Source: Lingula anatina (Eukaryota; Animalia; Brachiopoda). From it: DNA of 64,000 nt. The DNA is taken from NCBI GenBank assembly GCA_051362555.1, contig CM120642.1, positions 13,764,001 through 13,828,000 of the forward strand, written 5' to 3'. The translations under genes and the position numbers were made by a program. Shown in pieces: positions 51,846 to 64,000 of the stretch (position 1 is the first letter of the stretch; each line of letters opens with the position of its first letter). Below the pieces are notes generated by a model. That model made no database searches. It was not told where the DNA came from and saw only the letters and a program-made list of their open reading frames with translations.

Positions 51846-52671
51846 GTATGTAATGGATCCCTCTGCTAGGTTAAAAGTTTTCTAGTGATCAAAATATTAA
51901 GAAACCCTAGGCATTCAAATATTGTTATAGTAACAGGAAATTTGAGTATATACTTCATCAATTTTTCAAGCTAAGAAAAATTCTATCCCAAAAGTCAGCT
52001 GAGGTGTGTCTCTGATTTTGGAACCAAATACTTTTAGAAACCTAGTACATATATATTGTAATATTTTAAGAGACTGTCACCTCAATAATTTGAAACAAAA
52101 AATTGCCACCTAGAATAGATGATAGAAAGTATTTGTGTATATTTACATGGTTTAGAGTGCAATCCAATGTTTAACCAAGCTTTTATATGAAGCAGTTCTA
52201 GAGTTAGAGCAAGCTTTTGATATTGTTTAGCAAATGAATGATATGTGATATGTGCTTTTGGTCAATTTAGGTGGACGTACCCATGCATGTATACAGATAT
52301 ATATTCCGTATATATATATATATATACCCAGCTAATGTTAAATTTAGAGTAGAATTTAACCAAATGCATGGTCTATATTTTCTAGAAATTCTGGGTGTAC
52401 TTCTCTTCTCTTTGAAACCTCTTAAAATTAACAAAACATACCACTTTTTGATATCTGATAATTTCTAGTGTGCTTGCAGCTTTAGGATTTAAAACAGAAA
52501 ACTCAGTGCAACGATTCATTTTGCCTAAAAGATAAGATATTAACTTAAAATATGGGACCATTTAGCAGAAGAACAGCAACTGACGCAGGTGATTCTTTTG
52601 TCTTGTCTTGTCACATGACCAACAAGTGCTACTTGTTGGCGTTAAATGCTGTGTGGTCTTGTTCTTTCTAG

Positions 52672-52728
52672 CGTCGAGAAGAAGTAAAGAAGCAGATGGC
52701 TGGAGAGTTCGGCAATGCCGATCAGAAG
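52672..52728 (+). CDS. cac: Cav2 exon 19 (II-III linker: RREEVKKQMAGEFGNADQK)
   Basis: cttgttctttctag| acceptor, purine-rich open frame in phase 0, AAG|gtgcag donor (weak), in-frame stop just after; 57 nt and symmetric. Confidence 0.7.
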
Positions 52729-55562
52729 GTGCAGAAATGATTGCATCATTGAGTGTTGTGTGTTCACTGTAGACAGTGAGGATTGGTGGGAGAAGACCAG
52801 AAACATTTTAAATGGGGGGAAATTGAAGGGGGGTTTATATATCTTTGAATTTGACTTATGTTCAGAATTGTAAAACAAGCCCTCTCTTCTATGCACCTTA
52901 TCCAAGTTTTAACTGCAGTCAAGTGGGGTTAATTTAAATGGGATTGTCATCATCTCACTATAGTTAGCCAAGCCTACTACTTATTTTGGCTACAGTTCCA
53001 GTATTTTGGTGATGAGTGGAGATCAGAGGGACTTACTTTGTTCCAAATAGTGAGTTCGAGTCATAATCAAATTGCCTACTGAAATGAATTTGAGTTAGGC
53101 CTGCACAACCTTTCTGGAAACACAACTTTGATGTACTGTTGGGGTCAGGTTGTCGCTCTGCAACAAACCTTGTTCTCTTTTGCAGGCATTAAGTTGCATA
53201 CCAAATCCATATTGGCTGCCGCTAACCAGTTTTGGTTAAAGTTCATGAAGATCAACAAGCCACTCTCTGCATTTATCAAACATCAGTTAATTTGCTGTTC
53301 GAGATTTTTTTTGCCAAAACTGGGTCTTCTCCCGCCGTCCATGTGCTGTTAAGTTCTATGTGTGTGTTGTAGTGGTCTCCTGTGTGACACATTGATTTCA
53401 GTTTCTCTGTCATTTCTTCCTCTTTTTCAGAGATTCATTTCACATTGATTTAAACTGCTCTCTACTATAGGCTAAGCAACATCACATTATAGTACACCTG
53501 AATTTAACTTTTAAGTGTCATTTGAAGGCTGACACTATCTCTTAAATTTGGTTTTTTAATTTTCAATATTGGAAGTATCAAAAATTGTGGAAGTGGAAAA
53601 TAAATTGCCCACATTTAAGTAGTTGGGTCAAGATATGTTATAATTATTTGAACGCAATTAGATTTTCTTTGAAAAACCTATGATCATAACATTTTGGATT
53701 ATAAACCAGATCAAGGCTACAAAATCACATTATAACTACAAAAGTCATTGTAACTACAAAAGTCATACCATTTTAGACTAGCCATGCAAGATTCAGTTGT
53801 ACACTTCCTCAGCTTCTTTATTAAGAGCAGCAAAGGACAATTTTTGCCTGCATTGCTAGGTACTTTGATCTTGATTAACTAATTTGTAGTGTCTTTATCA
53901 TCTTTGAACTAATTCAACATTTTCATTTATTTTAGGTCTTTTTATTTAAAGATTTAAAATATGAAATTCTGACTGATATAATAATAATCACTATTTAATA
54001 TCTTGTTTCCTATAATTTCTATTTATAAACATTCTAATTATAAGATGTACCTGTTTTGTAATTAGCATGATATGTAGTTGTGTGTGGCATGGAGTTCAAT
54101 GGTCAAACTAGCATATAATAAATGTTTTAACAAAATAAGCATTTTCCACCAATTCCATGGTAAATTGGTAAAGAATTATCAAATAAGATTCTTTTAAGTC
54201 AAACCTGTGGCTAAAATGTGATTATGTAGCACTTGGTGAAAAGTCTTAATGCTAGTCTGATCCTAGAGGCTTTATTAAGTGTTGTGCCACTTAGTATTGT
54301 GCAGCATGATGTAGTACATGTTGTAATATAGTTCACTTACTTAGTAGGCTTATACTCTAACAGCAGTGTAGATTGGGCTTCATTCAAACTGGATCTTATG
54401 TCCATCTTCCACTTGTTAAAGAGCATTCTACCTATTAACATGTCAGAAGACACCTTGACATTTTCAAGGTAATCTTCAATGTAATCAAGAATGTGACTGA
54501 TCACATTGAGGACTATTAACCAGTAATAATTTTATAATTTTTAAAGAGCAAGTTAACTGCTTAGTTTGGTCTTATGGATGTCGTGTTCAATGTAGTATGT
54601 GTTATTTTTTATTTGGGATAACATACAACCTTCAAATTTCAAACTCCTATACTTATGACTTTTTGGAACTCGTATACAGTTTTCAAAATGAAAAAATATT
54701 TTATGAAATGAAATTAACTGAGTATTTTAAGAGTTTTATTTTTCAAAAAGGGTGAATCATATTTGTCTGTATGCATTCAATTGTTATTACTTTCAGGTAT
54801 CAGCACTTTCCTTGATTACAGTGTTGTATTGTGTACATTTTTATAGTAGTGCCCCCAAATTAGATGACTGCACAGCTGCTTTATGTTGATAAATATACTA
54901 ACAGTTACATAATGAACAAATGCTTATTAGAGAAATATGTCTACCTAGTCATTCCTTTTCTTAGCTGTTAGTTTTTATAGATTAGAACTTAGTGCACCTT
55001 GTTACATTGTGTATATAGATATAAGATCACTGTGCTGGTCTTTAATACAAAACTTTAATTTGCCTGTATTTACCTCACTGCATTGCTGACCAAAATTAGA
55101 AAAAAAGATAACGATGTTGATATATGACAGTTAAATGTATTTTTCCTGTGGGGGGATTTTTTTTAATTTAATATTGACTGAATTTTATAACCATTTAGTC
55201 AGTTGAAATCATGAATGTTTTTGTGTTCAATTTGTCCAGTGTTAGCTTTTGGATCAGATATCAGTTTTCAAAACCTGTGTACTGTGTAAAATTATCAAAA
55301 GTTGCAGGACATTTCATTTCAGTGGATACATGCTTCTGTTCCTCTTGGTCAATTACGTATAAAACATTATCAGGAATGATCCTTCAAAGATCATGTTTCA
55401 CATATAAAGTCATCATTGACGGCTCTACAAACAGGATGTTTATGCTGGTTATTCATATTTGTAAAACAATACACAGTGAGCATTTTTTTACATATTGTTT
55501 ATTGTCTTGGTTACTTTCAGGGGATATATGAGGGAAATTACTTTGACCTACAGGTACACTAA

Positions 55563-55785
55563 TACTGGATTCCCATAAACCTTTTGTACTAGCAGGATTG
55601 ATCTAACTCCAAGGGGATTCTGGCTAAATTGCAATCAGTTGAAGTGTCTTAAATGTCTGTCACACCCACTGATCTACTAGGGGGAGTAATTAACTTTCAT
55701 GCACGCTTAAACTGAATGCAATTTAGCAAGAATCCCTTCAGATATAGATCAATCTTCCTAGTATGATGGGGTTATGGGAATGATT
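55563..55785 (+). mobile_element. Degenerate copy of the fold-back repeat family
   Basis: ATTCCCATAAAC...GTTATGGGAAT termini and shared core AAATGTCTGTCACACCCACTG. Confidence 0.7.
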
Positions 55786-57028
55786 CCTAATTCGTTGTCT
55801 GGCCATCCCATCTGTTATCTTAGCCATGATATATATACATGTTCTTTCAACATCTGTACTGATATAGTTTATGTAATCTATGTAATTCTGTAGCCACTTT
55901 CAGACCAATTTTAAACTGAACTGTTTTTAGGTATAATATTTGATAGCTACCGCAATGCAATTGATTCAGCAGGATTCCTATGTCAGACAACTGAGTTTTA
56001 GAGTATTTATTTATTTATTTTTTGGGGTGATGCACCTCCATAATCAACATGACTCTGCTGTTTCCATTGAAATGAATGACTGGAAATGTCTGTGGCATGT
56101 TGCTTCTTGAGTTGAGTTTCCAATAAAGCTTGAATTCCAGGGCGATATAAGGAAGCTCAGCAAAGATGACATACCTCATTGGCCTCAGACTTGATGGATT
56201 ATTTTGTTGACTTCTAGTGACTTCTACCGACCACCAGTCTAGCTTTAAAATTGGTCTGAACATAATTGTATAGTTTATAAAAGCTGATTAGAATGAAATC
56301 CAGATGTAATCTGATTCAGTAGTTCCTGTCTTGTTTTTGTTTAGAGTAACATTTAAAGATGTATGTTTAACACCAACATGTGGCATACACAGTGTTGAAG
56401 TCACAAATATAGGAGTCATTACTTCAATACATGTAGATCCATAAATGTATTAGGATGTATATGCAAACATATAGGCAAGAAAAGAATCCCAAGAAGGTAA
56501 AAAATCTATACTGATGGCTTGTTAAGAAAACCAAGCATTGAATTATGTGCCTCTAGGGATTATTGGACCCATTTTCTTCTCTTTTGAAATCAATTGTTAT
56601 TGAAAGTTACATTTTTGTTCATATTTGAAGTGTTTTCCGAATTGATTGCTGATTGATGCCAATGTGTTTGCATATTCAAATGTGATGTCATTTTAATATT
56701 TCTTGACAAAAAACACCGATTAATGACATGGAATTTTTTCATGTCATTAGTAATATTTCCATAAAAACACAAAAACAAATTGTTTCATTATAATGTGATG
56801 TACTTCTGAATCTATGGAATAATGACATATATATAATAATTATTTTAAATGACACCACAGTTGAACTGTCCCACTTGAAATGAATTTAAATCAAGCAACT
56901 TTCCTGTCAAGTGAGTTTGAGCTGATATCATTGTTTATATGTTAACATAAGGACTATATGTAATTATTGCCATGTTGCCAGACAATTTGTGACAGCTTTA
57001 ATTAGTGAGCAAGTACTGTCTTGACAGA

Positions 57029-57200
57029 CCTTGTTCAGAATGAGTTATGTTGACCTACTGGTAGTTTCCTGGAACTCCACAGGGACTCTTGCTGAATGCA
57101 ATCAGATGAACAGACTAATATGCATCTTTCTCACTTAGCTGGAATCCCCATGGAGTTGGGTCGCACTAGCTAGGTTGACTGAACTTATTCTGAGCAGCCC
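57029..57200. mobile_element. Degenerate fold-back element sharing the GGGACTCTTGCTGAATGCAATCAG core
   Basis: TGTTCAGAATGAGTT...AACTTATTCTGAGCA imperfect TIRs; core matches the 42169 element. Confidence 0.6.
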
Positions 57201-57233
57201 TCACGATGATGTTTTCTATTCAACACACTACAA

Positions 57234-57480
57234 GACCATTCCCACAGATATTTAGATCGATCTATCCCCCTGGGTAGTCTCACTAAATTGCTGTCAACTT
57301 GGCTGGCTTAAATGTCTGTCACGCCTAGTAAAGCTGTTAGGGGGTAATTATCTTTATCCCATAGCTGATTCGGTAGGCGTGACGAAGCCTCTTGAGCTTA
57401 CAGCAATTTAGCCTGAACCCCCAGGGAGTTGGGTCAATCCAGATGGATTGATCTAAATCTGTGGGAATTTAGTCTATGAG
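57234..57480 (-). mobile_element. Inverted copy of the 21338-21584 fold-back unit
   Basis: Collinear reverse complement over the whole length, including the CTCATAGACT junction. Confidence 0.8.
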
Positions 57481-57719
57481 GGATTACATTGAGTACCTTT
57501 TGTAAGAAATTCCTTATTGCATGGTCTGTTAAGATAGCACACTCTAAGGTAAACTTTCACTGTTGGACTAGTTAACTCACTGTATTAGTAGCAACGTAGT
57601 TTCTCTGATATGTAGGCTTTGCTTTCACTAGCCGTAGAACCACCAGTGTAATCTCACCCATGCAGCTCTTGTAGACCTTCAGTGAACTCAAAGTTTATAT
57701 CAAAATTGTCAAGTGTAAA

Positions 57720-57919
57720 GGCCTGTGCAGAACCAAGTTGATCTGCGAACTAACTGATCCACTGACTGACTGATCCTCAGATCAAATATGACAGCCCCAC
57801 TTGAAAGCTTGCCATGTAATCCCCTGGAGAAATCATTATGTGGAAAGCTTTCATGTGGGTCGTCCATATTTGATCCACATATCAGTTGGTCTATGGATCA
57901 ACTTGGTTCTGAACAGGCC
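57720..57919. mobile_element. 200-bp Tourist/Harbinger-like MITE with ~24-bp TIRs
   Basis: GGCCTGTGCAGAACCAAGTTGATC...GATCAACTTGGTTCTGAACAGGCC plus inner inverted repeats. Confidence 0.8.
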
Positions 57920-58196
57920 CTGTATCTCTTGATCTTACCCTTTCCAAAGCTATGAAAGTGATTCCTTTGCTCAGCATTTGTAACTGTTGCTGTTACTTTA
58001 TAGGATACTGAAACTCTGGTTGATCAATTAAACTGCAGTTATATGTAAACAGTTCTAGTTGTTCAGAAATATGATAAGATAATCTCAGCATTAATTAAGT
58101 TTTAGAATATGGCTACATGTACACACACACCCTACTATACGTTTAAAGAGAAGATTACCGATTATTACTGATTGAACAAATGTCTTTATTCTACCA

Positions 58197-58795
58197 GGGA
58201 CCCATTTCACAAAATTAATTTAAAGATGTAGGGTCAAAAGCTGGACCCAAATTTAAATTTATAGATTACACTTCTTTGGTATACTGTAATTTGCTCTGAG
58301 AGTTACCAGTGCTTGTCCATATGAATATGATGTTGGAAAAAAAGTAAAAGGGTCTGTTTTAAACAGTCAGTCTCTTAATTCTATTGGTCTTTTAATTCAT
58401 TACTCCCTGGTCTTAAAGATTAATTTCAACTTTTGACAATGAATCTATTGTGATGCTGGTCCAAGGGGGTCCATTTCACAAAGAGAACAAAATACAAAAT
58501 CCTGCAGTCTCAGCTAAATGCACTAAGAATATTTACGCAGACTACGATCCATTTCAGTAAGAATTAAAGGAACTTTAACATCATTTTTGTTATCTTTAAA
58601 ATTAAATTAAAATTAAATTAACCAGTGGTGAGTTGTATATTTTATTTTTGTATATCAGCTCCAGTTACATATATTGTGGCCCAGTTGGTCTTAGACAGTT
58701 TTGGCTTATTTGGCTTCAAGAAGATGGCTCTCCAAGTTCAGTTGAGCAAAAAAAAAAAAAAAATTGATAAATGAGAACTAAGTGAAATGGGGCCC
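58197..58795. mobile_element. Two adjacent degenerate MITEs (GGG(A/G)(C/T)CCATTTCACAAA termini)
   Basis: Left termini at 58197 and 58466; right terminus GTGAAATGGGGCCC ending at 58795. Confidence 0.5.
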
Positions 58796-59868
58796 ATATG
58801 GTAAACCTTCCTCTTGACTAACTAAAGCAGCTACAACTAAAATGCTACTTCTTATTACGTATTGATATTGTTTATCATATTTTGAAAGTTAGTGTGGTTT
58901 AAAGTAAATGCATAGACTAAGCCAGATAGGTGTAGCATATGCAGCAGTGCTTTACAGTTAATAGTTTACCTTCCAGTCTTATGCTTGGCATATAAGGCCT
59001 AATTGTAAACGGATGTAGTTTGTTTAAAAAATGTATCTTTTCATTTAATGTTTGCATCCAAATCTTCGTTTACAAGAAGCATCAACAATATAACAGTTCT
59101 CAAAAAGACAAGGTCTAGTCATACAGGCCTAATGAACATGTAAAGTAATAGCTATTTGTCATCTTGAGCCAAACATATGTGATCGTGAACATAGAACTAA
59201 TGAGTTGAGCTGCTGTTTCATGGTGCAAACACAAAAATACTTGTTGTGAGCGTCCCATTATGGAGCACAGACATTTTGGTCAACTTTCATCTGGGTCTCT
59301 CACTGTTAACATAAGAACTCCTTTTCTATTTTCAGTTTGGCATAAACTGCACATCATAGATTCCAAGTCAAAAAAGTGACATTTTCTCCTCTTGCCATAA
59401 AATAGCTTTATCAATAGAGAAAATAACAAAAAGCCTCAAAACAAATCAAACTTAATCTAATTGCATTTCTATAATCTTTTATTCATATTGTGTATTAATA
59501 CAGGGGTAATGCACTTGAAATTTGTGCTGAAATTTGAGTCGTTAATTCAACATGTGCGATCATAAATCCATGGCGCTAGATCACGAACAGCTGTTTGATT
59601 TATAATACCTATTATGGTATAAGGCAAGGAACACAATTGTGATGTACTTACATGGTTGATGCTATTTACAGACATTTTCAATTAGTTTAACATGGTGTTT
59701 TGGAACATAATAACATAAAACTTAAAATTTGATTGAAAATTAAGGAAATGCTATGTTGGGGATTCATAATGAAATTAAGTACCATAGAAATCTGGAAAAG
59801 AAATTTGCCCAGGTATGTATGTAGGGGTATATTCTCTCATCAATAACTGTACATTTTGTGATTTTTAG

Positions 59869-60038
59869 ATGCGTAGAGAGGACCTGGACAAGACTGGGAT
59901 GGGCATGGGGAACATGCAGATGGACAAGTTCAGAGTGCCGGCTGTGGGCATTGAACCTCCCCAGGTGAACATATGTCCACCTTCCCCACCCAATAACCAG
60001 GATCCAAAACAACCAAAAGGAGGGGGTGCATTCAACTT
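59869..60038 (+). CDS. cac: Cav2 exon 20 (II-III linker: MRREDLDKTGMGMGNMQMDKFRVPAVGIEPPQVNICPPSPPNNQDPKQPKGGGAFN)
   Basis: tttttag| acceptor in phase 0, GC-rich coding-like island, TT|gtaagt donor; VNICPPSP resembles invertebrate Cav2 II-III linkers as I recall them. Confidence 0.75.
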
Positions 60039-61318
60039 GTAAGTTGGCTTGCTAAAGATTGGCTGCTTATTGTATAATTGTTAGCTTTCATACAGAATCT
60101 TTTTTTTATTCCTTCTCAGTATTTAAGTGTACTGAAAGGTAATGCTAGGTCAGTAAGCCAAAGTAGGAAGACTACAATGATTGGATTGATCGTTTCAGTA
60201 AGAGGGAAGATTATCTTTACAATGAACTTGGTTTATGCAGCTGATAACATCATGCTGTACATCACCTTACAAAAAAAGAAAAAATGTTGATATTGTCTTG
60301 ATAGTCCCATGTCTGAAGTCCAGTGGTTGTGGGATAATGTACATTGTTAATTTGTTTGCCATCCCCAAGGACATGCCAATGTTGATATTATTATTATTAT
60401 TATATTATTATTATTAAGGTTCACATGTCCAACATATCCTCTGTATCATATACTGTTGCATGAGGTTGCTACGGGTAACCATGGTTACTCTGTCCTCTGT
60501 GAGACTTGCTGACTGTCAGCCGCTAAACACTGCTATATTGGCAAATGGAAACTGTCTGGTTCCCTAGTTATGCTGTTTTGAATGCTGCTGGGTTAAATAT
60601 CAGTTTGATACTAAAATGCTGTTGTCAAATGGACATTCATATTCCTTGCATTCTGTTTGAGCACATTATTAAAATAACTTATTTTGAAAATTGATATTCC
60701 AATTGGAACATGGAATTTTTTGTATGTAAATATTACTTTGCCTTGAAGGACAAAAAGAGAATAATATTGCAATATCTCCCTTTATTGGAATTTATTTACT
60801 TATATAATGCCAGGGGGAGCCAGACATTTAACGATGAGTGGTATTTATCTACGTTATGGCAGCAGCAGCTTTCAGTGTAGGAAAATTATGAGCTGCATCA
60901 ATATGAACACTGCAAAGCTGTTTGGGTACGGGAACATGGGATAATGTCTTAATTACCTTGTCATTTTGATGCTCTGTTGCCAGTGGCAGAAAAAGGACTG
61001 CATGTAAATTAATCATTATGACTGGACATTTCACTTTCATTCAGGTACCTGATGCTTATTTCTTATCAAACATATATCATGCTTTGGACATTTTATGATA
61101 TTACCCTTACCCAGAATGCATTGCATCTGTATTTTGTTGTTGTTGAGGCTCATTATGTATTGAAATATTCATGTGTCAATTCGCCCATGTCATGTCATGG
61201 ATGCTGTATTGTGATTGGTCAAAATGCTCCACTTGGTGTGTCACTAGTGTTTTAGGTCGCTGTTACATTCAGTGACAAAAAACATAATTGATGCTCAACT
61301 ATTCTCCATCTTCCTCAG

Positions 61319-61360
61319 TGATAAAACAACATTTGAAAGAATAATGGAGGATGATGAATA
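61319..61360 (+). CDS. cac: Candidate 42-nt II-III linker exon (F-DKTTFERIMEDDE-Y)
   Basis: attctccatcttcctcag| acceptor, TA|gtatgg donor, phase 2 to 2 matching the exon 20 end, no stop. Confidence 0.4.
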
Positions 61361-61795
61361 GTATGGAGATTGTTGTTTGGAGCCAAGGGCATGGGGAGCA
61401 GAAATACCTGAAAATTTTGAAGTTCATTCAGGCTTTGTAAAATTATGTAGCAGCTGTTTTTTTTTTGTGTTTTTAGTCACAAATAATTAGATAAACTATA
61501 ATGAAATGGAATACAGTCTCCAACAAAATTACCATGTGATAGTACACTTCTGATAAGATTGATCCACAACAAATGATTTCTTTTCATTTTATTTATTTAT
61601 TTGAAAATATAATAATTGTTCTTATAAATCACTGAGAATTTTTTATTTGAGGTGGGGGTCAACATAAAGAAATGCTGGTACATAGAGCTCCCCATACTGA
61701 ACATCTGCACCATGTCTTTGGCTCTGATATTCCAATGTGCTGTTTTTATTGTCTTCAAGTTTATGATGACAAGTTCTGCATGCGTCTCGTTGCAG

Positions 61796-61849
61796 CTACA
61801 ATAATGAGATTGTGTTGAAGATCATGGCGGACGATTACAACCGAGATCG
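61796..61849 (+). CDS. cac: Candidate 54-nt II-III linker exon (YNNEIVLKIMADDYNRDR)
   Basis: gtctcgttgcag| acceptor, CG|gtagca donor (weak), phase 2 to 2, no stop; retains CpGs in CpG-poor surroundings. Confidence 0.42.
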
Positions 61850-64000
61850 GTAGCACTATCTGCGTCTTTTACACCTATTTAATCCAAATAGTACAGAGCA
61901 CAAATGAACACATACAAAAACTGTTTGCTGTGAAATTGGATTTAGTATGAATTGCAAATTTTGACATTTTTAAAGAAATCCTTCTATTGATTTATTTTAT
62001 AATGAATTAGTTTATTTCTGATGGTAAATATAGCATGGAGTCGATATAAAAATAGTTTAGATTACATACTTCCATTATCTTAACCTTATATCTTTGTCTC
62101 TCCATTTTTTTTTCAACATCTCAAATTAAATACATTTTCTGCTATTTACTAGAGAAGTACCAAATCTACCAAAATGCAGGAAACGTTTTAAATGTCTTCC
62201 TTTCTGCCCTGTACTGGCCTGAGTCTGTGTGATAATATGACAGCCAGGTACTGCTGGATCTGACTTCATACTTGTCATTGTGCCTTTCTGACCCATTTTT
62301 TAAAACATATTATAGAACAGCAATAGGGCCAGGAAAGTTGTGTAAAGGATTTGAATATTTTCAGTTTTTAAAAAGAGTATTGTGTAGTGAATGAATTTGA
62401 GTGTGCATTAAGAATTTACCTTGAATTTGCCATAAAAGTGATGGATAGATAAGTAGTTTCTAAATAAAACCTAAATAGATAAATGAATTATTAGATAAAC
62501 AAATAGATATTAATAAGTAACTGGTTATTTATCGATTTGTGAATTGTTTAAATTACTGCACAAACTATGAAAAATGAATATAGTACCTTTGATGCCATCT
62601 TTGCTTCACTAAATTTTGTAAAAACACTACACTATCAAATTAATTAATTTCAGAACATGAATGAAATTAAAATGTCTATTTTGGTGATAAAAATGTGTTA
62701 AAAGCTGCGTAAATGAATAATAAGGAGAAAATTTAGGATATTTTTTATAAGTACCTCAGAATTGAGAGTGTCAACTCCAAGGCCAGACCATGAAATGCTC
62801 AGTGGGGCACAATGACAAGCAGAATCCTCAGGGAATGGCTGTTTTATGCCTTATGTGGCTGTAGACTTTTATCATTCAATCGGTTTGTCAATTTCATTCT
62901 TTGAATTTTTTTCAGTTTCAGAAACCACAAATTTTCAGTTCAGTTTTTCAGTAGAACTCCTGTATTTATATTTGTATATGTATATACATTTGCACTTTTT
63001 ATGTATATATATATATATTTATGACCATGTGATTTGTGAACTTGAGTCGCCCTAAACATAATTATTATTATTATTATTAACATTCTCATTAGATGACGCT
63101 TTCTGAAATTCTCACCACCAAATATACGTGTCGTTCTTTTATTATTATTATTTTATCAACTAAATTAGATGTGGACACAATCTTAGTTATTGAGTTGTGT
63201 TGAAATCCATCCACAACATCAGTTCTTCATGGCTCAGATGTGCTACTGACACTATCAAGGGGGGGTCCAGTAACGTTGCCTGAAGAAGAAAGGGTGGATG
63301 AATATGTAAAACGGCCTGCCACAAATTATCATCTTCCTTATAAATAAAAGAAGCCATGCTTTGCTATAAATCAAATGTTACTGCAACAAATGGGGCTGGT
63401 ATAGCCTTTTTCAGGGTTTTTACCTGGTTATTCTGATCTTTGGTTGAATTTTAGGTAAACACCTTGTCAAAAGATGTTTTTTGTATGCAGAGATAGATTC
63501 CCACAAAGTTAAGATTTGGAAGAAAGCAAAAATGCAACATGATGTATAAATTGGCCCATGGTAATATTTCTTTTGGAATATGCCATCTAAGCTGCTATTT
63601 GTCCACCCCTTCTGAAAGGTTTTCTTCCTGGATTCTCTTACCAGCTTCAAACTGAGTATGGCTATACACCTTGACAGCTTAGACAAGTGCCTCGATGCTT
63701 GATACACTACGTATTTCACAACTGACAGATGGAACATTATTCCAGCTATTATAAATAATTGTTTTCGGAAGTTTGTATTTTGGCTTATCTGTTTAAACAG
63801 AAAAGGGTACATGAAAGCGAATTATTGTTCCATTTGATCACAACTGCCTTTATACTTGTTTACATTATTTTATTTTATGTTATTTTTCAGCATGCATTGC
63901 CTATTTTTTTATACGTGTGCTGTACCCATTGAATTGTCTGTTCATATAATTTGGTGTGTTTACCTGTCCTGTTTTGTCTTCCAAACTTATATATGAAGGT

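Larger units (their letters stand above)
3992..60038 (+). other. cac: Cav2-type voltage-gated calcium channel alpha1 gene (cacophony/CACNA1A-B-E-like), 5' part: N-terminus to start of II-III linker; continues past the window
   Basis: Spliced translation gives [97 protein letters not shown] and [19 protein letters not shown]. These are Cav2 hallmarks, and all junction phases are compatible. Confidence 0.97.

Noticed and set aside
63238-63340. Coding-like stretch VLLTLSRGGPVTLPEEERVDEY
   Set aside because: Acceptor would be phase 1, incompatible with the phase-2 upstream exons; poor pyrimidine tract; no homology recognised.

Overview
AT-rich metazoan genomic DNA, probably from a lophotrochozoan such as a mollusc (inferred from protein similarity, not certain). 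Almost the whole window is the 5' half of one + strand gene, a Cav2-type (cacophony / CACNA1A-B-E-like) voltage-gated calcium channel alpha1 subunit. I assembled about 20 coding exon positions by hand from 3992 to 60038. They encode the N-terminus, domain I (filter TMEGW), the I-II linker with the AID, domain II (filter TGEDW) and the start of the II-III linker; domains III and IV lie beyond the window. Splice phases agree across all junctions. Two duplicated exon pairs are phase-incompatible, so they must be mutually exclusive: one encodes the IS3-S4 voltage sensor (28835-28926 / 31504-31613) and one the domain II turret and pore helix (47697-47769 / 48594-48669). There are two U12 minor introns: a 20,991-nt AT-AC intron that appears to contain a nested U2 intron, and a 178-nt GT-AG intron. 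Other points are a divergent AID (QQIQRT), candidate microexons, a uORF, a sharp drop in CpG near 28.6 kb, and many MITE and fold-back elements. Most ORF-track entries are spurious intronic ORFs. Exon numbers are my own.
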